From Prevotella sp. (GTDB lineage: Bacteria > Bacteroidota > Bacteroidia > Bacteroidales > Bacteroidaceae): a DNA stretch of 64,000 nucleotides. Within the stretch, counting starts at the first letter, position 1; each line of letters begins with the position of its first letter. The notes under the pieces were generated by a model. That model was not told the origin of the DNA. It made no database searches and was given only the letters and a program-made list of their open reading frames with translations. The stretch spans positions 22,696 through 86,695 of the forward strand of contig JAFPTC010000145.1 in the NCBI GenBank assembly GCA_017400455.1, in the 5' to 3' direction. Shown piece after piece: positions 58,631 to 64,000 of this stretch. The translations under genes and the position numbers were made by a program.

Positions 58631-58765
58631 CCCCAGAAAAAAATCTCACGTGAGATTTTTTCACGGGAAGGCCTCCCAGAAAAATTTCTCACGTGAGATT
58701 TTTTCACGGGAAGGCCTCCCAGAATAATTTCTCACGTGAGTTTTTTTCACGCGGCGCCTCCCCTT
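58631..58765. repeat. REP-like cluster E (3 cores)
   Basis: CACGTG at 58647, 58690, 58733. Confidence 0.9.
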
Positions 58766-59052
58766 GCGAAAAAAGCTTCCCGAGCTTTTCCTTGGCCGAA
58801 TGGAAATAAAGTCGTAACTTTGCATTGAAATGTTAGTAACTATACATCATTATTTTGCACAATGACTTCTTACAAAGATGAAAAAGTAAAAAAAAGTTGG
58901 TTTTGTTTTGGAAAGAAATTGAAAAGAATTAGGAAGAATTGAATTCAAGAATTATAAAAAAATCAAGTTTCACATTTGCTCCGTTCGAGCTTGCTCGCTT
59001 CGCTTGCGGAGATCTCCAGAACTCCTGTAACAACTGAACTCCTACAACTTGA

Positions 59053-59262
59053 GCAACAACTCAGACATACGAATATAAGAGGGTAAGAAGGACAAAAATC
59101 TTCAAAAATCTGACAAAAATCTCTTCTGATGACATATTTTTGTAGATGGTGTACCCTTGGCACACCCGCACCCGCAAATCTTCAAAAATAGATATTCGTT
59201 CAGCTATTTTTGGAAGATTTTTGAAGATTTTTGTCTAAAAAACCACATGACTGAGTAGTTAC
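59053..59262. mobile_element. IS66-type MITE, copy 3 (degenerate left end)
   Basis: Right TIR intact; left GCAACAACTCAGACAT; perfect 8-bp TSD CAACTTGA (59045-52, 59263-70). Confidence 0.82.
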
Positions 59263-59430
59263 CAACTTGAGAAAGTTGAGTTAAAATTTCATAAAAAACA
59301 ATACGCTCATGCAGTATTTAGGGGAAGGTTCTCTTCTTTAAATATAAAGATGTAAATTTGCAGCCATACCCCCAAGTAGAGAATAATCAAGATAAAATAT
59401 TTATTAGTTCATCTTAAAAAACAATTAATC

Positions 59431-59901
59431 ATGAAAGCAATCAATTTTTGTTTAGCACTCCTGTTCATGGCTGCCATGACAGCCTGCAGCAGCGACGACG
59501 AGAAGAACGACGGCCGCCAAGAAGGTGGTAAAGTAGTTGAGACCACCAGTCCGTGGACAAAGATAACAGGTTGCCTTGAGGAAACGAGAGGCATGTTTGC
59601 AGAGACCATCACGGTGGAGGCCCGCGAAAACGGACAGCTGTATTTCAAGAATGGCAACGCCTACTTCTGCTGCGAGCTTGAGAAGCTGACCATAGCCGCC
59701 TCGGTGAACGGCAAGACCATCAGCATTACTGAGCAGGATACAGGCCCCTACGCCAACTGCATTTGCCCCTACGACCTGGAGTGTCTGGTGGAGGGCTTGA
59801 AAGCTGGCGACTACGAGGTGGTGGTCATGCGCGACAACCTGGAGAAGTGTCGCTTCAACATCAGCTACAGTTCCACGCTCAAGCAGTCGCTTGAGATTTA
59901 A
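59431..59901 (+). CDS. Cys-containing hypothetical lipoprotein
   Basis: MTAC lipobox; YFCCE and ANCICPYD motifs. Confidence 0.75.
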   Translation: MKAINFCLALLFMAAMTACSSDDEKNDGRQEGGKVVETTSPWTKITGCLEETRGMFAETITVEARENGQLYFKNGNAYFCCELEKLTIAASVNGKTISITEQDTGPYANCICPYDLECLVEGLKAGDYEVVVMRDNLEKCRFNISYSSTLKQSLEI

Positions 59902-60082
59902 GCAGCAGCGAGGCTTCGTTCCAGACATACGCCGCGTGGAAAAATGAATTGAGAGTTTCCCATCCTGACATTGCCTCGGTTTTACACGGTGTAACACGGT
60001 TTTCGCCAATTGAAACAATAGCATCAAAGATGGTGTGAAACATTCGTGGAAATACCGTATTGAACCGTGGCAAAAGAAGGAG

Positions 60083-60263
60083 GGTTTTTCGCTCACTTAT
60101 TCGTGCTTTGACTTCGTCGAAGGTACTACCGTTCGGAAAAACCAAAAATAATTTTGGTTTTTCGCTCACTTATTCGTAGCTTTGACTCCGTCGAAGGTAC
60201 TCACGTTCGGAAAAACCAAAAATTATTTTTGGTTTTTCGCTCACTTATTCGTACCTTTGCACC
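60083..60263 (+). repeat. Tandem 73-75 bp hairpin+promoter repeats upstream of prfB
   Basis: GGTTTTTCGCTCACTTATTCGT at 60083, 60156, 60231; last copy ends TACCTTTG-CACC-ATG. Confidence 0.85.
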
Positions 60264-61388
60264 ATGATTACACAAGACCAACTGAAAGACGTGCTCGACC
60301 GCACGGAGAAGCTGAAGCACTATCTGCACATTGACGAACGGCAGGTGGAGCTGGAGGAGGAGCAGCTGCGCACGCAGGCGCCCGACTTCTGGGAAGACCC
60401 CAAGCGCGCCGAGGAACAGATGAAGAAGGTGCGCGGCATCAAGCGCTGGATTGACGGATATAATAATGTTCGCACGCGAGCCGACGAGCTGCAGCTGGCC
60501 TTCGACTTCTACAAGGAGGAAATGGTCAGCGAGCAGGAAGTGGACAGCAACTACCAGCTGGCCATCGAGGCCATTGAGCAGCTGGAGCTGATGAACATGC
60601 TTCGACAGAAGGAGGACCCCATGGACTGCGTGCTGAAGATCAACAGCGGCGCCGGAGGCACGGAGGCCCAGGACTGGGCCCAGATGCTGATGCGCATGTA
60701 CATGCGCTGGGCCGAGCAGCACGGCTACAAGGTGACCATTGCCAACATGCTCGAAGGCGACGATGCCGGCATCAAGAGCGTGACCATGCAGATTGAAGGG
60801 CGTGAATATGCCTACGGCTACCTGAAGAGCGAGAACGGCGTCCACCGGCTGGTGCGCGTCAGCCCGTTCAACGCCCAGGGCAAGCGCATGACCTCGTTTG
60901 CCAGCGTGTTCGTGAGCCCTCTGGTGGACGACACCATCGAGGTGTATGTGGACCCGGCCAAGCTCTCGTGGGACACCTTCCGCTCAAGCGGCGCCGGCGG
61001 CCAGAACGTGAACAAGGTGGAGAGCGGCGTGCGCCTGCGCTACTGGTACACCGACCCCGACACCGGCGAACAGGAGGAGATTCTGATTGAGAACACCGAG
61101 ACCCGCGACCAGCCCAAGAACAAGGAGCGGGCCATGAAGCTGCTGAAGAGTCAGCTGTATGACCGCGCCATGAAGAAGCGCTTAGAGGCCCAGGCGAAGA
61201 TTGAGGCCGGCAAGAAGAAGATTGAATGGGGCAGCCAGATACGCAGCTACGTGTTCGACGACAAGCGCGTGAAGGACCACCGCACCAACTACGAGACCCG
61301 CGACGTGGAGAGTGTGATGAACGGCAATCTGGACGGGTTTATCAAGGCCTATCTCATGGAGTTCCCTACGACGGAGGATAATGAGTAA
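60264..61388 (+). CDS. prfB: Peptide chain release factor 2
   Basis: LVRVSPF (SPF) and GAGGQ motifs, IEWGSQIRSYV; single uninterrupted frame. Confidence 0.97.
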   Translation: MITQDQLKDVLDRTEKLKHYLHIDERQVELEEEQLRTQAPDFWEDPKRAEEQMKKVRGIKRWIDGYNNVRTRADELQLAFDFYKEEMVSEQEVDSNYQLAIEAIEQLELMNMLRQKEDPMDCVLKINSGAGGTEAQDWAQMLMRMYMRWAEQHGYKVTIANMLEGDDAGIKSVTMQIEGREYAYGYLKSENGVHRLVRVSPFNAQGKRMTSFASVFVSPLVDDTIEVYVDPAKLSWDTFRSSGAGGQNVNKVESGVRLRYWYTDPDTGEQEEILIENTETRDQPKNKERAMKLLKSQLYDRAMKKRLEAQAKIEAGKKKIEWGSQIRSYVFDDKRVKDHRTNYETRDVESVMNGNLDGFIKAYLMEFPTTEDNE

Positions 61389-61451
61389 TTAGTAATGAGT
61401 AATTAGTAATTAGTAATGAATCTGTAATTTATAAATTAATAATAGAATACT

Positions 61452-61607
61452 ATGTCAAAGAAAGAAAAAGAGAAGAAGCTGAATGCCAAGCAGGCAGCTT
61501 ATGCAAAGAAGGAAGAGGACAAAGGCAAGAAGGTGGTGGCCTGGATCATTGGCTGCTTCATTGCCTTGGCATTGTTCTACCTCATTTTCGTGGCCAGCAA
61601 CTTTTAG
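61452..61607 (+). CDS. 51-aa basic, C-terminally anchored small membrane protein
   Basis: Manual translation MSKKEKEKKLNAKQAAYAKKEEDKGKKVVAWIIGCFIALALFYLIFVASNF; fills the gap between prfB and the CYTH gene. Confidence 0.7.
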   Translation: MSKKEKEKKLNAKQAAYAKKEEDKGKKVVAWIIGCFIALALFYLIFVASNF

Positions 61608-61619
61608 CGCCGGGGCACG

Positions 61620-62099
61620 ATGAGCGGAATGGAGATTGAGCGGAAGTTCCTGGTGAGGGACGACAGCTACCGCCGGCTGGCACGCTCCAGCAGCCGCATC
61701 AGGCAGGGCTACATCTGCAGCGACCGAGGACGTACCGTCAGGGTGCGCCTGCGCGACAACCAGGCTTTCCTCACCATCAAAGGCCCGTCGGCCGACGGCG
61801 GACTGAGCCGCTATGAGTTTGAGAAGGAGATTAGCCTCGACGAGGCTGAGCACCTGCTGCAGCTCTGCGAGCCAGGCCAGATAGACAAGACGCGCTATCT
61901 GGTAGACTGCGGAGCGCACACCTTTGAAGTGGACGAGTTCTACGGCGACAACCAGGGGCTGGTCATGGCCGAGGTGGAGCTGAAGACTCCCGACGAGCCT
62001 TACGACCGACCGCCCTTCCTGGGCCAGGAGGTGACGGGCGACCGCCGCTACTACAACTCGCACCTGCGCTGCCATCCCTACAAGGAATGGAAAGCCTGA
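61620..62099 (+). CDS. CYTH-domain protein
   Basis: EIERKFLV, IRQGYI, VRVR, TIKG, KTRY, AEVEL. Confidence 0.92.
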   Translation: MSGMEIERKFLVRDDSYRRLARSSSRIRQGYICSDRGRTVRVRLRDNQAFLTIKGPSADGGLSRYEFEKEISLDEAEHLLQLCEPGQIDKTRYLVDCGAHTFEVDEFYGDNQGLVMAEVELKTPDEPYDRPPFLGQEVTGDRRYYNSHLRCHPYKEWKA

Positions 62100-62105
62100 A
62101 GGGGT

Positions 62106-62157
62106 AAAAAAGGAGATTGGGCCGCACCAACGCAAAGGTTAGTGCAGCCCAATCTCT
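62106..62157 (-). terminator. Rho-independent terminator of the HU gene (possibly bidirectional)
   Basis: GAGATTGGGC...GCCCAATCTC stem with A-run, between convergent genes. Confidence 0.75.
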
Positions 62158-62175
62158 ATTTAATGCTGTCGTCAA

Positions 62176-62448
62176 TTAATTCAGGGCCTCAGCAAGCTCT
62201 ACGCCAGCCTTGAACTTAGCAACCTTCTTGGCGGCAATCTTGATCTTAGCCTTCGTGGCGGGGTTGATGCCCTCGCGAGCGGGACGCTCGTTCACGCTGA
62301 ACGTACCGAAGCCAATCAATGAAACCTTGTCACCTGCAATCAGAGCGTCCTTCACGGCTGCAACAGCAGCATCAAGAGCCTTCTTGGCGTCAACCTTAGT
62401 GATGGCGGCACCAGCGGCAATCTTCTCAACTAATTCTGTCTTGTTCAT
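62176..62448 (-). CDS. hup: DNA-binding protein HU
   Basis: MNKTELV, VSLIGFGTFSV, REGINPAT, KFKAG. Confidence 0.96.
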   Translation of the reverse strand: MNKTELVEKIAAGAAITKVDAKKALDAAVAAVKDALIAGDKVSLIGFGTFSVNERPAREGINPATKAKIKIAAKKVAKFKAGVELAEALN

Positions 62449-62693
62449 AATGTAAATGTTTTAAAATTAATGATTATAAAGAGGTTATCTTAGTCATTGT
62501 TCGATTTTCCGATGCAAATATAAGCGAAAGTTTTCATAAAACAAACAAAAAATCAGAAAAAATCACTTTTTTCTTGAATTTTTCTTGCTTTTAGCCTGTT
62601 TTTGCGCTGGAAAAGAGATATTTTTAGTAATTTTGCGCTCTGTTAGCATGAACTTTGTGAAATAACAGTGAATAGACAAAAGTAATTATCAAT

Positions 62694-63647
62694 ATGTTCA
62701 GAAACATACCTACAGTCACCAAAAATCTGCTGCTCATCAACGTGGTGGTGTTCCTGGCAACACTGGTACTGAGCAGCCAGTTCGACCTGGCAGAGTTTGG
62801 CAAGCTCCACTTCTTCCTGGCCCCCGACTTCCACTTGTATCAGCTCATCACCTACCAGTTTCTGCATGCCGACCTGACCCACATCTTCTTCAACATGTTT
62901 GCCCTGTGGATGTTTGGCTGCGTCATCGAGCGCGTGTGGGGCCCCCAGCGCTACCTCATCTACTACCTCGTGTGCGGCATCGGCGCCGGACTGTGCCAAG
63001 AGCTGGTGCAGTATATCGAGTATTCGTCGAGCGAGCTGGCCGGGCTGAGCATCGACAGCATGATTCCCGTTCAGACCAACAGCGGCACCATCATGATGAC
63101 GGTGGGCAGCTATCTCAACAGCTGGGGCACCATTGGCGCCAGCGGTGCGGTCTATGGCATCCTGCTGGCCTTTGGCATGACCTTCCCCAACGAGCGCATC
63201 TTCATCTTCCCCCTGCCCGTGCCCATCAAGGCCAAGTGGTTCATCTGCTTCTATGCAGCCATTGAGCTGTTCTCGGCCATGAGCTCCAGGGGCGACCACG
63301 TGGCCCACATGGCCCATCTGGGCGGCATGCTCTTCGGCCTGTTGCTCATCCTCTACTGGCGCCGCCATCCTGGCAGCCTGAACCTGGGCAGCGGGCGGCA
63401 GTTCTTCGAGAACATGAAGCGCAACTTCGACGCCCGCCGCGCAAGCAAGCCCGCCAGCAACAACCAAACCGACACCCGCCAGCCCGGCTACGGCCCCACC
63501 CGCGAGGACGACATGGAATATAACCGCCGCAAGCAGGAGCGGCAGGCCGAGGTGGACGCCATTCTCGACAAGATACGCAAGAGTGGCTACGACAGCCTGA
63601 CCAAAGAGGAGAAGCAACGACTCTTCGAGGCCTCAAGAGAGCGGTAA
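62694..63647 (+). CDS. Rhomboid intramembrane serine protease
   Basis: HIFFNM, GASGAV, AHMAHLGG; C-terminal VDAILDKIRKSGYDSLT. Confidence 0.93.
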   Translation: MFRNIPTVTKNLLLINVVVFLATLVLSSQFDLAEFGKLHFFLAPDFHLYQLITYQFLHADLTHIFFNMFALWMFGCVIERVWGPQRYLIYYLVCGIGAGLCQELVQYIEYSSSELAGLSIDSMIPVQTNSGTIMMTVGSYLNSWGTIGASGAVYGILLAFGMTFPNERIFIFPLPVPIKAKWFICFYAAIELFSAMSSRGDHVAHMAHLGGMLFGLLLILYWRRHPGSLNLGSGRQFFENMKRNFDARRASKPASNNQTDTRQPGYGPTREDDMEYNRRKQERQAEVDAILDKIRKSGYDSLTKEEKQRLFEASRER

Positions 63648-63671
63648 TCCATCATAACCCTCCACCCACTT

Positions 63672-64000
63672 ATGCCCATTCTCAAGAACATCCTGCTGAG
63701 CGTGTTCACCGGAGCCAGCGTCATGGTGGCGGCGGCCACGGTGGCCGTGGCCTACAGCGACCGGCTGGACCCCATTGCCCATCCGGTGCTGGCCTGCGCA
63801 GGCATGGTGTTCCCCATCTTCCTGGTGGCCAACCTGGTGGTGCTGCTGCTATGGCTGATGGTGAAGTGGCGGCGGGTGTGGATTCCCATCGCCGCCTTCG
63901 TGCTGGCCTTTCCCTCCATACGCATCTTCATGCCGCTCCACACCAGCAGCGAGGCCCCAGAGGGGTGTATCAAGGTGCTGTCGTATAATGTGGCGGCCTA
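63672..64000 (+). CDS. Membrane-anchored endonuclease/exonuclease/phosphatase family protein (partial)
   Basis: Manual translation MPILKNILL..., three TM segments, then IKVLSYNV; runs off the window. Confidence 0.75.
   Translation, partial: MPILKNILLSVFTGASVMVAAATVAVAYSDRLDPIAHPVLACAGMVFPIFLVANLVVLLLWLMVKWRRVWIPIAAFVLAFPSIRIFMPLHTSSEAPEGCIKVLSYNVAA

Noticed and set aside
58641-58745. parS sites
   Set aside because: Share the TCACGTGA core but differ from TGTTTCACGTGAAACA at the conserved outer positions; clustered 43-bp arrangement fits a REP-like family better

Overview
GC-rich Bacteroidota chromosome segment, most consistent with Prevotellaceae (TTTG-N20-TAnnTTTG promoters, SusC/SusD pairs, Prevotella-type secretion tails). 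1-21.3 kb is a complete beta-mannan utilisation locus (GH36, epimerase, symporter, GH130, GH26, CE7, GH5 x2, SGBP, SusD/SusC, AraC). It is followed by a YfhO-like protein, a second SusD/SusC pair in which SusC carries an unusual C-terminal OmpA-like domain, GH28, an ECF sigma factor, proteases and housekeeping genes (xerD, PatB/MalY, acyl-CoA ligase, prfB, HU, rhomboid). The most striking signals are non-coding. (i) A lower-GC island at 39.0-43.8 kb holds an array of ~130-190 bp hairpin+promoter repeats separating tiny gene cassettes (two intact antitoxins whose toxins are truncated, one 37-aa peptide), ending at the xerD stop codon, with one inverted copy acting as the promoter of the neighbouring operon. 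(ii) A four-helix-bundle gene and a GxxExxY gene each sit inside an operon bracketed by inverted 9-mer or 8-mer tandem arrays, and solo 7/8/9-mer arrays occur elsewhere, even inside genes. (iii) Three IS66-type MITEs with 8-bp target duplications. (iv) Five clusters of a CACGTG palindrome with an exact 43-bp period. No rRNA, tRNA or CRISPR array was recognised. Family calls are from motif recognition by eye, not database searches.
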